A DNA stretch of 64,000 bases from an uncultured Alphaproteobacteria bacterium (GCA_963784005.1 CAWAPT010000015.1:6005-70004), one strand, 5' to 3'; positions 47,133 through 57,885 are shown, counted from the stretch's first letter. Notes: a model not told the origin generated them from the letters alone. Translations and numbers: made by a program.

Positions 47133-48183
47133 TCACGCCGCAGCATCGTAAACGCCGCTGATCAGATTGCATTCCAGGAGCCGCGCCGCGATGGCGGCCG
47201 ACGGCGGCGATATCCGAACGATCTTGTCGCCGATCGCGTCGAGCGCCGCGGCAAGCTTGCGGCGTGCGGCGGCGGCCTCTTCCAGCGTGACGCGGCGTAA
47301 ATGAGATTTTCGATCCGATCGGCAGCCGGCCAAGCGCCGGCAGATCCGCCGAGATGACGGTCGCGATCTTGGGATAGCCGCCGGTGGTCTGGTGATCGGC
47401 CAGCAGCACGATCGGCTGGCCGTTGCCCGGCACCTGGATCGATCCGGTCGCGATGGCGTCGGAGACGATATTGAAGCCGTGGCGGTGTCGGAGCGGCGGA
47501 CCTTCGAGCCGCATGCCCATGCGGTTCGATCCCGCGCTCACGGTGTATTCGGCCGCGAAGAAGCGTTCGATCTCGTCTTCGGAAAAGTAATCGCTCTGCG
47601 GTCCGAGCACGGCGCGAAAGCGGCGCGGTGCGGCGAGGTCGAAGCCGTCGATCCGATATTCGTCGCGTTCGATCGCCGTAGCGCGGCGGAGCGGCAGGAC
47701 ATCGCCTTCGATCAGCGCGCGGCCGTGCCAGCCGCCCATCTTGCCGCGGCTGTCGGTGGCGACGCTGCCGAGCACCGGCTCGATGTCGAAGCCGCCCTCC
47801 ACCGCGATATAGAGGGTCGCGCCGTTCTTTAGCGAGCCGACGCGAATGATCTTGGCCGCGCCGAACGCGAACGCTCCGCATGGGCGTCGATCGTCTCGCC
47901 GCTTGTCGGCATTGGCGTCGTCGAGAATTTCGATCGCCGCATCGGCGCCGGCGAAAGCAAGCCGCGCGTCCTCGGCGTCGATGGCAAAGCTTGGGCCGAT
48001 ATAAGACCGCCTCCAGCACACCGGTGTTGCCGGGATTGCCGACGAGCGAATTCGCCGCGCGAAACGCCACCGGATCGAGCGCGCCGCCGAGCGCAGACGC
48101 CAAGCCGCTGGAATCCGGGACGGCCGAGATCTTGAACGGTCGTCGACAGGCCCGGCGATATGATGCGCAGCGCCGGCGTTCAT
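47133..48183 (-). pseudogene. pxpC: 5-oxoprolinase subunit C / allophanate hydrolase subunit 2 (KipA-like), at least 3 frameshifts
   Basis: GALDPVAFRAANSLVGNPGNTGVLE, SAGSNRMGMRLEG, IVSDAIATGSIQVPGNGQPIVLLADHQTTGGYPKIATVISADLP and the tail VTLEEAAAARRKLAA... are in different frames. Confidence 0.8.
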
Positions 48184-48918
48184 GCCACGGCTCCGGCGAA
48201 TTCGCTAATCGGCTCGAGCCTGAGCACGTCTTCCGACGCCCTGGTCGACCAGCGTGTCGTATTCACGGGCGGACACCGGCACGAAAATGACTTTATCCGC
48301 CGGCGCCAACAGTGCAGTGGCGTGCGCGTGGTCCCAGAGCGGAATCGGGCAGCGTCCGATGACGTGCCAGCCGCACGGGGTTTCGAGCGGAAACACGCAC
48401 GACATTGTCGCGGCGATCGCCAGCGAGCCGGCAGGGATCTTGCGTTCGCGGGATCGGCAGCCGTTCGAGTGCCAGCTCCGCCGGTAACTTCGCCCATATA
48501 GGCCTGGCCCGGCAGAAAGCCGAGCATGTAGACGTGATAGACTGGTCCCGCTGTGCCGTTCGACGACTTGCTGCGCGGTGAGCGAGGTCCGCCGCGCAAC
48601 GTCGTCCAGATCGATGGCAAAACGCGGGTCATAGCAGACCGGCAAATGCCAGACATGTCCGACAACGTCCCGCGCTGTGAGCTTTTTCATCTGTTCGTCG
48701 ATCTGCGCGACGAGCGCGGCTTGCGGCAGCACAAGCGGTTCGTAATGCACCATCAGCGAGCGGAATGTCGGAACGGTTTCCACGATTCCCGCAATGCGCT
48801 CGGCATCCAGGCGCTTGCGCGAGCGAAAGCACCGCCGTGCTGAGCTCGCGATCGATGCGGTCGCCGAACTCGACGACGAGCGCCGTGTCTCCTGCCGAAG
48901 GAGCCTGTACTCGAGCAT
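48180..48918 (-). pseudogene. pxpB: 5-oxoprolinase subunit B / allophanate hydrolase subunit 1 (KipI-like), at least 4 frameshifts
   Basis: MLEYRLL, AGDTALVVEFGDRIDRELS, IVETVPTFRSLMVHYEP and VYHVYMLGFLPGQAYMG are in different frames. The stop overlaps the pxpC start (ATGA). Confidence 0.8.
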
Positions 48919-48958
48919 GACAACCGCACCCGAACAAACGCCGCGGGAAAATCGCGAT

Positions 48959-49874
48959 TTAGTTGGGCTGGACCGGATTTTTCTGGTTGGCGCCTGCGTC
49001 GCACTTTGCCGGCTCGGCGGGCAGGAACCACGGCTTGACGGCGACGCCGCGCCGCAGCGAATACATGTAGAAGATCGGCAATTGCGTGGGAAACAGACTG
49101 CGCAGTTCACTGCCGTTGAACGTGACGAAGATCGATCCGGGAAATGCGCGTTCAACGACGCGTTGCTCGATCAAATTCATCCGCAGATAAGTCAGCGCGC
49201 CTTCCTGCGGCGTGCCGCCGCCGTGATACCATTTCTCCGCACTGGCGATGAGGCTCGACAGCGTTTCCGCCTTTACGGCTTCGTCGAGCGGCGCGGCGAT
49301 GCCGGCGTTGCCGGCCGCTTTGACAAGCTGACCCAGCCAGCATGTGTCGAAGCCGCGTTGCTCGGCCGCAAATCGGATCTCGTCGAAGTAGCATTCAATA
49401 TCTTCGGCGACGGTGCCCGTTCAGCTCGGCGTGGGTGTCGGTCAAGATCAGCTTCATCGCCGCGCCGGGCGTATAGACGGCCTTCAGGCGCGACGCGAGC
49501 GCGGTAAGGAAATCGAGGCACTGGGCTTCGGGGGCGGCCGCTTCGTGCCGCGGACCTTTGCCCCAATAGAGCACGAACGGGATCGGCGCTTGCCTGGCAA
49601 CGGCGTCTGCGATGATCTGCACCATCAACTGCGGATCGGACGGCTGCTCGCGCTTGAAAGCCCAGGTGTTGAATGAGCGCAGGATCTTTTCCGCGCTGGC
49701 GCGGATATTGGCTTCTAGCGGCTTACGCTCTTTGAGTTCGCCCGGGCTCGAGCCGGGTTTGTCATTGGACGCCGAACCGCGTCCGTAATTTACACCGACT
49801 GCGTGTGGTTCATGGCTCGTCGAAAACGACACCGTTGCTAAGCTATTGGCAATAGACGCAACTGCACTGGACAT
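48959..49874 (-). pseudogene. hypothetical ~300-aa protein, one frameshift near 49420; possible distant Dit1/PvcA-like fold
   Basis: N-terminal part (49395-49874) ...APIPFVLYWGKGPRHEAAAPEAQCLDFLTALASRLKAVYTPGAAMKLILTDTHAELNG continues in another frame as TVAEDIECYFDEIRFAAEQRGF...FPGSIFVTFNGS...KPWF. The layout resembles PF05141 proteins. The assignment is weak. Confidence 0.35.
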
Positions 49875-50393
49875 GATTACATTGACCCCGGCATTAACGA
49901 TTTGTTGATAATGATTAAGAGGTTGTTAAACGTCAATTTTAAACCTTAAGAAAGGTTAATTGCGTTCGCTAAAGGGCGCTATTGTGAAACCTTTGATCTG
50001 CGAGCCGGTCGGTCGCTGTCGCGGCAGCGTCACAACCAGGACATGCACACACACCTGGAATTCAAAAGTTGCTTCGCATTCATTGCGAGGCGGCCGAGTT
50101 TGGCGCGGGCAATTCAAGATGATGAAATGGGAGTGTCGGCAAACCGGGTGTTGGCTGAGAATTTGCCGGCACCCCGGCAATTCGCACGGCACGCTGATTG
50201 GCGTCGCCGGCATGCTCAAAAATAGCCGTTAAGGCATCGGACGTTCGGGCTTCGCGGTGGCCTAGGGTGACGGCCAAACCAGCATTGCTGTGTTCGCGCC
50301 ACCCACCATATCCTCTGTATAACCCGCCCCTCTGGCAATATCGGTCCCATAAGGGCAAACTGCCCCAATCGTAGTGATAACGAGGCTTGCGTA

Positions 50394-53300
50394 ATGGCAC
50401 TGCGCGACGTCAAACTCGACGATAAATACGATCTCGGCGAGCGCCGCGTGTTCGTGACCGGCTTCCAGGCGCTGGTCCGGCTCTGCCTGATGCAGAAAGA
50501 ACTGGACCGCCGCAACGGCCTCAATACCGCAGGCTTCATCACTGGCTATCGCGGCTCGCCACTGGGGGGTCTCGACAGCCAATTCCTGCGCGCCAGGCCG
50601 TTTCTTGAGAAAAACGACATCCGCTTCCAGGGCGGCATCAACGAAGACCTTGCCGCCACCGCGGTATGGGGCTCGCAACAGGCCGAGTTGCACGGCGAGG
50701 GCAAGTTCGATGGCGTTTTCGGCATGTGGTACGGTAAGGGACCGGGCGTCGACCGTACCGGCGACGTGTTCCGCCATGCCAATTTCGCCGGTTCGGCCAA
50801 GCATGGCGGTGTGCTGGCTTTGATGGGCGACGATCACACCGCCGAATCCTCGACCACCGCACACCAATCCGAATACCACTTCATCAACGTCATGATTCCG
50901 ATCCTCAATCCCGCGGGGGTTCAGGAGGTGCTCGACTACGGACTCTATGGCTGGGCGATGTCGCGCTTCACCGGTGCGTGGACCGCGCTCAAGACCATGC
51001 ACGAGACCATCGAGTCCACTGCGGCAATCGACGGCAGTCTCGAGCGCATCAATATTGTCACTCCGGACGGTTTCCGCATGCCGGAGGGCGGCCTCAATAT
51101 CCGTTTGAACGATGCGATCCTGGCGCAGGAAGCGCGCCTGCACGACTTCAAGCGCGACGCCATGCTCGCCTTCGTGCGCGCCAACAAGCTCAACCGCATC
51201 ATCACGTCCGGTGGCCGCGAACCGAAGATCGGCATCATCACCACCGGCAAGAGTTATCTCGACGTCCGCCAGGCCTTCGACGAGCTTGGCATCGACGAGA
51301 TCAAATGCAACGCGCTCGGCATTCGGCTGTTCAAGGTCGGCTGCGCTTGGCCGATCGCCCGGCAGGAACTCCAGGAATTTGCCAACGGGCTGAGTCTCAT
51401 CATCGTCGTCGAGGAGAAGCGTTCGCTTCTCGAGGTGCAGGTGCGCGAGGAGCTCTACGGCACGGCTGACCAGCCTGTCTGCATCGGCAAGCGGGACGAA
51501 GCGGGAAACTGGCTATTTCCGGCCAAGGGTGCGCTCGATCCCAACGAGGTCGCGATCTGCATTGGCGAGCGGCTTCTTAAATATCATCGCAACGACGACA
51601 TTGCCGGCCGCGTGGCGCGGTTGAAGGAACTGCAACGCATCGCCGCTGCGACCAAGGACGTCGCCCAGCGCATCCCTTACTTCTGCTCCGGCTGCCCGCA
51701 CAACACGTCCACGGTGGTGCCGGAAGGTATGCGCGCGTATGCGGGTATCGGCTGCCATTACATGGCGCAGTGGATGGACCGCTCGACGCTCGGCTACACG
51801 CATATGGGCGGCGAGGGCGCCAACTGGATCGGCGAGGCGCCGTTCTCCAACCGCAATCACGTTTTCCAGAATCTCGGCGACGGCACCTACAATCATTCCG
51901 GCTATATGGCGATCCGCGCCGCGATCGCCTCGAACACCAACATCACCTACAAAATCCTGTTCAACGACGCCGTGGCAATGACCGGCGGCCAAGCGAACGA
52001 CGGCGGCCTGACGGTGCCGCAAGTGGCGCGGCAAGTCGCGGCGGAAGGCGCCAAGCGCGTCGTCGTCGTGACCGACGAGCCGGATAAATATCCGAGCGGC
52101 ACCGCGTGGCCGGCCGGCCTCACCATTCACCATCGCGACGATCTCAACGAAGTTCAGACGGGGCTTGCGAACATTTCCGGCGTCACGGTTCTGATTTACG
52201 ATCAGACCTGCGCGGCGGAGAAGCGCCGCCGCCGTAAGCGCCATACCTTTCCCGATCCCGACAGGCGCGTCATCATCAACGAGCTCGTTTGCGAGGGCTG
52301 CGGCGATTGCGGCATCAAATCGAATTGTGTCTCGGTCCAGCCGCTCGAGACCGAATGGGGCCGCAAGCGCACCATCGACCAGTCGAGCTGCAACAAGGAC
52401 TTTTCCTGCGTCAAAGGATTCTGTCCGTCGTTCGTCACGGTGCACGGCGCCACGCTAAAGAAAGGCACCGGCGTCGCCGCCGATCTCGATCTCGCGTTCT
52501 TGCCCGAACCGACGCTGCCGGCCATCGACCCCACCTACAATATCATCGTCACCGGCGTAGGCGGCACCGGCATCGTCACCGTCGGCGGCATCCTCGGCAT
52601 GGCGGCGCATCTCGAAGGCAGGGGCGTCGGCGTCCTCGACATGGCCGGGCTCGCGCAAAAGGGCGGCGCGGTATTCAGCCATATCCGGTTTGCGCAAAAG
52701 CCTGAGGACATTCATGCCATCCGCGTCGCGGCCGGGCATGCCGATCTTGTGCTCGGCGGCGATATAGTCGTCGCCGGCACGCAAAAGGTCCTGGCCACGG
52801 TCAAGACCGGCGCGACTAAAATGGTCATCAATACCAACGAGTTCCTGCCCGGCGAATTCACCCGCAACGCCGACTTCTCGCTGCCGACCGAGCGGCTTAA
52901 GCGCACGATCGTGACCGATGCCGGCCGCGACAACGCTTATTTCATCGACGCATCGCGGATCGCGAATGCGCTGTTCGGGCAATCCATCGGCGCCAATATG
53001 TTCATGGTCGGCTACGCCTACCAACTCGGCGCCATCCCGCTCTCGGCTGCCGCCATCGAGAAGGCGATCGAACTCAACGGCGAAGCGGTTGCCATGAACA
53101 AGGCGGCCTTCCACTGGGGGCGCCGTGCCGTGGCCAACCGTGACGAGGTCGAAAAGCTGGCGCAGCCTTCAACCGGCAGCAAAACCGACGCCGAACATCT
53201 GTCGGAATCCTTCGACGAGACGGTGCAGCGCCGCGAGAAATTCCTTACCGCCTATCAGAACGCCGCCTATGCACGGCGTTACCGGACCTGGATCGACAAG

Positions 53301-53873
53301 GTCAAAGCAGTCGAGACCGGCCGCGCGCCGGGCAAGTGTGGGCTCGCCGATGCGGTGGCGCGTTACCTGTTCAAGCTGATGGCCTACAAGGACGAATACG
53401 AAGTCGCGCGGCTTTATACCGACGGCTCATTCGCCAAGCAGGTCGCGAACGAATTCGGCGGCGGCAATTTGCGCCTGGAATTTCATTTGGCGCCGCCGCT
53501 TCTCGCGCGCCGCGACAAGACGACCGGCCTGCCGCGCAAGATGAACTTCGGGCCATGGCTGATGCCGGTATTTCGGGTACTGGCGAAGCTGAAGTTTCTA
53601 CGCGGCACGGCACTCGATCCGTTCGGCCGCTCGCTCGAACGTCAGACCGAACGCCGGCTGATCCACGACTACGAGGTGATGCTCGACGAGCTGCTCGTGA
53701 AGCTCACGCCGGAGAACCATCACCTCGCGGTCGGTCTCGCCGTGATTCCGGAAAAAATCCGCGGCTTCGGGCACGTCAAGCAGCGGCACTTGACCGCGGC
53801 CATGGCGGACGAGGCGGCCTTGCTTGAGCAATTCCGCGCCGGAGCGCCGATGCTGCTCAAGGCGGCGGAATGA
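50394..53873 (+). CDS. indolepyruvate/2-oxoacid:ferredoxin oxidoreductase, fused alpha-beta
   Basis: 1159 aa. N-terminus LDDKYDLGERRVFVTGFQALVRL and GYRGSPLGGLD, ThDP region GDGTYNHSG, ferredoxin cluster CEGCGDCGIKSNCVSV, and a C-terminal IorB-like domain GVGGTGIVT. Confidence 0.92.
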   Translation: MALRDVKLDDKYDLGERRVFVTGFQALVRLCLMQKELDRRNGLNTAGFITGYRGSPLGGLDSQFLRARPFLEKNDIRFQGGINEDLAATAVWGSQQAELHGEGKFDGVFGMWYGKGPGVDRTGDVFRHANFAGSAKHGGVLALMGDDHTAESSTTAHQSEYHFINVMIPILNPAGVQEVLDYGLYGWAMSRFTGAWTALKTMHETIESTAAIDGSLERINIVTPDGFRMPEGGLNIRLNDAILAQEARLHDFKRDAMLAFVRANKLNRIITSGGREPKIGIITTGKSYLDVRQAFDELGIDEIKCNALGIRLFKVGCAWPIARQELQEFANGLSLIIVVEEKRSLLEVQVREELYGTADQPVCIGKRDEAGNWLFPAKGALDPNEVAICIGERLLKYHRNDDIAGRVARLKELQRIAAATKDVAQRIPYFCSGCPHNTSTVVPEGMRAYAGIGCHYMAQWMDRSTLGYTHMGGEGANWIGEAPFSNRNHVFQNLGDGTYNHSGYMAIRAAIASNTNITYKILFNDAVAMTGGQANDGGLTVPQVARQVAAEGAKRVVVVTDEPDKYPSGTAWPAGLTIHHRDDLNEVQTGLANISGVTVLIYDQTCAAEKRRRRKRHTFPDPDRRVIINELVCEGCGDCGIKSNCVSVQPLETEWGRKRTIDQSSCNKDFSCVKGFCPSFVTVHGATLKKGTGVAADLDLAFLPEPTLPAIDPTYNIIVTGVGGTGIVTVGGILGMAAHLEGRGVGVLDMAGLAQKGGAVFSHIRFAQKPEDIHAIRVAAGHADLVLGGDIVVAGTQKVLATVKTGATKMVINTNEFLPGEFTRNADFSLPTERLKRTIVTDAGRDNAYFIDASRIANALFGQSIGANMFMVGYAYQLGAIPLSAAAIEKAIELNGEAVAMNKAAFHWGRRAVANRDEVEKLAQPSTGSKTDAEHLSESFDETVQRREKFLTAYQNAAYARRYRTWIDKVKAVETGRAPGKCGLADAVARYLFKLMAYKDEYEVARLYTDGSFAKQVANEFGGGNLRLEFHLAPPLLARRDKTTGLPRKMNFGPWLMPVFRVLAKLKFLRGTALDPFGRSLERQTERRLIHDYEVMLDELLVKLTPENHHLAVGLAVIPEKIRGFGHVKQRHLTAAMADEAALLEQFRAGAPMLLKAAE

Positions 53874-53901
53874 TCTTACGCCGTGCGCCGTACCGCGATT
53901 A

Positions 53902-54159
53902 TCACATGCCGTGACTTTGCAGCACGCCCTGGCAGGCTTTGCTAAGCCGCGCGCGGTTTGTCTGCAGGCAGGACAGTACCCGAAGTTCATCCGGTTCGGC
54001 GTCGCGGCAAAATCGGTGCACGTCGCCGCGGCACGCGTCGTCTTCTTGTTCGCTGTGCGGACCGACTTGTTGTTCGGTGTGCGGACCGCCTTGGCTCTGC
54101 GCCGATGCGGCCGCCCAAATCAAAAATAGTGCAAAGACGAAGAATACGCTGCGAACCAT
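53902..54159 (-). CDS. small secreted Cys-rich protein
   Basis: Signal peptide MVRSVFFVFALFLIWAAASAQS, then CRGDVHRFC...LSCLQTNRARLSKAC (4 Cys, cysteine-rich-repeat pattern). Confidence 0.55.
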   Translation of the reverse strand: MVRSVFFVFALFLIWAAASAQSQGGPHTEQQVGPHSEQEDDACRGDVHRFCRDAEPDELRVLSCLQTNRARLSKACQGVLQSHGM

Positions 54160-54307
54160 AATCTGTTCCCTGTGGCAGGCGGCCGTTTGCGCGAAGGTTC
54201 TATTCAGCGTCAGCGCAATAGGGCCGAATTGAGACTCCAGCGCCGAAGCCGCTGCGCGGCCAAAGGTTTTGCGCGCCAGCCGCGTCGGCATGAGGTATGC
54301 TGTTAGT

Positions 54308-55489
54308 ATGAACGATCATCCGGCCAACCCCGAAACCGCTGCCGCAATTGTGCAACGATCGCCGGCGTCTTCGAACCTTTTGCGCGAACCGCAGAATGTG
54401 TCGCCGTCCGGCATCGCGCCGTCCGACCAAGTTCCCTCGATCGCGCCATCGACGGCAACCGGAGCTATAGCGAATGCCGCGGCGCCGGTCGAGACCACTG
54501 CAACCGGGATCGGCATCCTGCTGGTCAATCTCGGCACGCCCGATGCGCCGACGCCGGCGGCGGTGCGGAGCTACCTGAGGCAGTTTCTGACCGACCCGCG
54601 CGTGATCGAAAAGGATTCGCTGCTGTGGAAAACGCTGCTCAACGGCATCATCCTGCCGGTGCGGTCGCGGCGCAAAGCGCGCGAGTATCGGAAAATCTGG
54701 AACCGCGAGAAGGATGAATCGCCATTCAAGACCATTACGCGGTCGCAGGCGGAAAAGCTCGGCGGCATCCTCGAGCCGCTCGGCAAGCATGTCGTCGTCG
54801 ACTGGGCGATGCGCTACGCCAATCCGTCGATCGCTTCACGCCTCCAGGCGATGGTCGCTGCGGGATGCGAGCGCATCCTGGTGATGCCGCTCTATCCGCA
54901 ATATTCGGCGGCGACGACGGCAACGGTGTGCGATGAAGTGTTCCGTTTCCTGATGTGGCAGCGCCGGCAGCCGGCGCTGCGGATTCTGCCCCCTTATTAC
55001 GACGATCAGCACTACATCGAGGTGCTGGCATCCTCGCTGAAGGTCGCGCTGAAGGCGCTGCCGTTCACTCCCAACGTCATCGTCGCCTCTTATCACGGCA
55101 TGCCGAAGGATTACGTGGCGAAGGGCGACCCCTATGAAAGCCAATGCGTGCGCACGACCGAACTGCTGCGCCAGCAGCTCGGCCTCGATGAGCAAAAGCT
55201 GCTGATGACGTTCCAGTCCCGCTTCGGCCGCGCTAAATGGCTCCAGCCTTATACCATCGACACGATGAGGACGCTGGCGAAAAAGGGCGTAAAGAATGTC
55301 GTTGTGACGACGCCGGGATTTTCCGCCGATTGCCTGGAAACATTGGAAGAGATCGCGGTCGAGAATGCGCGGGCATTCAAGCGCGGCGGCGGGGAGAATT
55401 TCGCCGCCATCCCATGCCTCAATGACAGCGAGGCCGGCATGCTGATGATCTGGCAGCTTGCCATGCGCGAGCTCCAAGGCTGGGTGTGA
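54308..55489 (+). CDS. hemH: ferrochelatase
   Basis: GILLVNLGTPDAPTPAAVRSYLRQFLTDPRVIE, MPLYPQYSAATT, SYHGMP and FQSRFG. The start is uncertain (TTG 54269, ATG 54290 or ATG 54308), with an approximately 60-aa low-complexity leader. Confidence 0.9.
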   Translation: MNDHPANPETAAAIVQRSPASSNLLREPQNVSPSGIAPSDQVPSIAPSTATGAIANAAAPVETTATGIGILLVNLGTPDAPTPAAVRSYLRQFLTDPRVIEKDSLLWKTLLNGIILPVRSRRKAREYRKIWNREKDESPFKTITRSQAEKLGGILEPLGKHVVVDWAMRYANPSIASRLQAMVAAGCERILVMPLYPQYSAATTATVCDEVFRFLMWQRRQPALRILPPYYDDQHYIEVLASSLKVALKALPFTPNVIVASYHGMPKDYVAKGDPYESQCVRTTELLRQQLGLDEQKLLMTFQSRFGRAKWLQPYTIDTMRTLAKKGVKNVVVTTPGFSADCLETLEEIAVENARAFKRGGGENFAAIPCLNDSEAGMLMIWQLAMRELQGWV

Positions 55490-55497
55490 CCAGCATT

Positions 55498-55540
55498 CGT
55501 CATTCCAGGCTCGCGCCTGCGGTGCGCGCCGGAACGGACG
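55498..55540. repeat. solitary degenerate family B-like hairpin unit
   Basis: CGTCATTCCAGGCTCGCGCCTGCGGTGCGCGCCGGAACGGACG has the same CGTCATTCC...CCGGAA..GACG ends as the units at 2666 and 30551. It lies directly after the hemH stop. Confidence 0.5.
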
Positions 55541-55556
55541 ATGAAGGAAAACTGCG

Positions 55557-55787
55557 ATGCAAGACGGCTCGCTCGTATCTTGGACATGGTTCGGATTGGC
55601 GCTTGTCCTCTTCGTGATCGAGGCGCTGCGGCCGGGCAAATTCGCGCTGTGGCTCGGCTTTGCCGCGGTGCTGGTCGGCATCGTCGCTTCGGTGGCCCGT
55701 TGGCCTTGGCCGGCCGAGGCCGTGGCCCTTATCGTATTCGCCGCGCTGCTCGTCCCGGCCTGGCGCCGGTACGAGCGAAAAGTCTAG
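55557..55787 (+). CDS. NfeD-like small membrane protein (membrane part only, no OB-fold domain)
   Basis: 76 aa with two or three TM helices. WFGLALVLFVIEALRPGKFALWLGFAAVLVG resembles the N-terminus of short NfeD/YbbJ proteins. Confidence 0.4.
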   Translation: MQDGSLVSWTWFGLALVLFVIEALRPGKFALWLGFAAVLVGIVASVARWPWPAEAVALIVFAALLVPAWRRYERKV

Positions 55788-55907
55788 GCGGCCAAAGACT
55801 TGATCACGGCCACTGCGGCCGAACCGCAGTCAACCTCTCGTTAACCATATCCGTTTTAACTCCGTTAACCAGCGGTCTGCCGTCCGGCGGCCCGTGCCGT
55901 TTGTCGC

Positions 55908-57845
55908 GTGGCGCATCGCCGCGAGGTGACGCGGACAGGCCGCTTCGGGGCGAGGAGGTCGCAGGTGCCGCGCCGTTGCCGACCACTGAGCGTCACCGGC
56001 TTGGCTGCGTCGGCGGCCTTCGCCGGCTTGGCGGCGGTCTGGGTTGCCGTCTTGACGCTGCCGCTCTTTCCAACGCCAAGCAGCGCGCAATCGGCCAATC
56101 CAAATTCCGGCGCCGATCTGCTGCAGCCGTCCCTGCAAGGCAATCCCAATAATCCGCCGGTCTTCGTGCCGGGAAATAGCGGATCGCCCCCGCCCAGCCA
56201 GGCGCCCCCGCCGGGGAAATTCACCGCGCCGTCGCGCGTCGGCGCGACGCCGGTTTATGGCAGCCCGACCGGCTTTGGCGCAGGCGACACCGGCTTTAAT
56301 TCGAGCAACATGCCAAAACGCAATCGCGTCGCGCCGACGCCGGATCGGGGCACCGTGATCGCGCCGCCGGAATCGACGTTCGATCCGGTCCTGGAAGTCC
56401 CACCCGAACCGGCGTCGCGGCCGCGTGCCCTGGCACCGCCGCCGGCACCGGTCGTCTATCCGGCAAAGGCCGCGGCGCGGCCTGGCGCGGTCTTGCCGCC
56501 GCCGCCGGACCAGCTTCCGATCAGCAACCCGCCGCCGGAAGTGCATCCGGTAACGGCCGCAAACCGGCCCGGCGCGACTTTGCTTATACCGCCGCCGGAA
56601 GATTTCGTCGGCGCCGCGAGTACGCCGCCGCCGGGGACGCCGCCGCAGAATACTTTGCCGCTGGGGACGGTGCCGCAACGGACCTTGCCGGTCGCCGGAG
56701 GCGATCCCTACGAGGCGCTCGGCATCAAGACGGGCAATTTTTTGATCTTGCCCGCGGTCGAATTGTCTGCCGGGTACAATAATAATCCCCAGCATGTGCC
56801 TGGCGGTCCCGGTTCCGCCTACTTCGTCGTCGCGCCGGAATTGCATGTCCGGTCCGACTGGGCGACCAATTCACTGACCGCCGATGTCACCGGTTCCTAT
56901 GCCGATTACGAGAACGGCAGCTTCGTGCCGTCACTCAATGTGCCGTATCTCAATGCCAAGATCGCCGCACGTCTTGACGCCACGCGTGACACGCAGATCC
57001 TGCTTGAGCTGCGCGACAGCATTGCGACGGATAATCCGGGCAGCCCGAACATTCAGGCCGGCCTCGCTAAGCTGCCCATCGACAACACCATAGGTGGCAC
57101 GCTCGGCGTGGTCGAGCAATTCGGCCGGCTCGGCGTCACGCTCAAAGGCACGTTCGACCGCTCCACGTATCAAGAGTCGGAACTGACCGACGGCACAAGC
57201 GCGAGCAACGACTATCGCGACTTCGACCAATATGCCGGCATCTTGCGCGTTGCTTACGAGATCGACCCCGGCTTCAAGCCGTTCGTGGAAGTCGGCTCGG
57301 ATACCCGCCGCCACGATATTCCGCTCGACCCGTTCGGCGAGGATCGCAACTCCACCGGCGCCAGCGGAAAGGCCGGCGCCAACGTCGACCTGTTCGGCTC
57401 GCTGACCGGCGAAATCGCGGTCGGTTATATCGAGCGCGATTATCACGACCCGACGCTACCGAATGTCGGCGGCGTTACGCTCGACGGCTCGCTGATCTGG
57501 CAGGCCACCGCGCTGACGACGGCAAAGTTCACCGCGTCATCGGAGGTCAACGAGTCGATCCTGCAAGACGTTTCGGGCGCGTTCAGCCGCAACGTCGCCC
57601 TCGAAGTCGATCACGCGTTGCGAACCTGGCTCATTGCCAACGCCCAAATCGGCTACGGCCGCGACGAATATGCCGGACTAGGACGTGACGACAACCGCTA
57701 TTTCACGGCGGCCGGCCTGACTTACAAGATGAATCGCGAGATGCAGATCAAAGGCGAGCTGCGCGAGGATTGGCTCACCTCCAATGTTTCCGGCGTCGCC
57801 TATAGCGCGACCTCGCTGCTCATGACTTTGCGATTGCAGAGGTAA
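55908..57845 (+). CDS. outer-membrane beta-barrel protein with a long Pro-rich periplasmic/linker region
   Basis: Signal-like AASAAFAGLAAVWVAVLTLPLFPTPSSAQS, about 200 aa of P-rich low complexity, then a barrel starting GDPYEALGIKTGNFLILPAVELSAGYNNNP and ending ...SLLMTLRLQR. GTG start is approximate. Confidence 0.65.
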   Translation: MAHRREVTRTGRFGARRSQVPRRCRPLSVTGLAASAAFAGLAAVWVAVLTLPLFPTPSSAQSANPNSGADLLQPSLQGNPNNPPVFVPGNSGSPPPSQAPPPGKFTAPSRVGATPVYGSPTGFGAGDTGFNSSNMPKRNRVAPTPDRGTVIAPPESTFDPVLEVPPEPASRPRALAPPPAPVVYPAKAAARPGAVLPPPPDQLPISNPPPEVHPVTAANRPGATLLIPPPEDFVGAASTPPPGTPPQNTLPLGTVPQRTLPVAGGDPYEALGIKTGNFLILPAVELSAGYNNNPQHVPGGPGSAYFVVAPELHVRSDWATNSLTADVTGSYADYENGSFVPSLNVPYLNAKIAARLDATRDTQILLELRDSIATDNPGSPNIQAGLAKLPIDNTIGGTLGVVEQFGRLGVTLKGTFDRSTYQESELTDGTSASNDYRDFDQYAGILRVAYEIDPGFKPFVEVGSDTRRHDIPLDPFGEDRNSTGASGKAGANVDLFGSLTGEIAVGYIERDYHDPTLPNVGGVTLDGSLIWQATALTTAKFTASSEVNESILQDVSGAFSRNVALEVDHALRTWLIANAQIGYGRDEYAGLGRDDNRYFTAAGLTYKMNREMQIKGELREDWLTSNVSGVAYSATSLLMTLRLQR

Positions 57846-57885
57846 TCTCCCGTTTTCCCCGCCGCGTGTGGGGAGGTAGGGTGGT

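Noticed and set aside
55557-55787. Truncated NfeD-like gene as a remnant of an NfeD-stomatin (SPFH) pair.
   Set aside because: No SPFH gene or OB-fold remnant is visible in any frame downstream. The similarity to NfeD N-termini is only compositional.
55849-55882. Three GTTAAC-like half sites (CGTTAACCATATCCGTTTTAACTCCGTTAACC) upstream of the barrel gene, considered as a CtrA box.
   Set aside because: The spacings between TTAA elements are 11 and 5 nt, not the N7 of the CtrA consensus. There is no other support.
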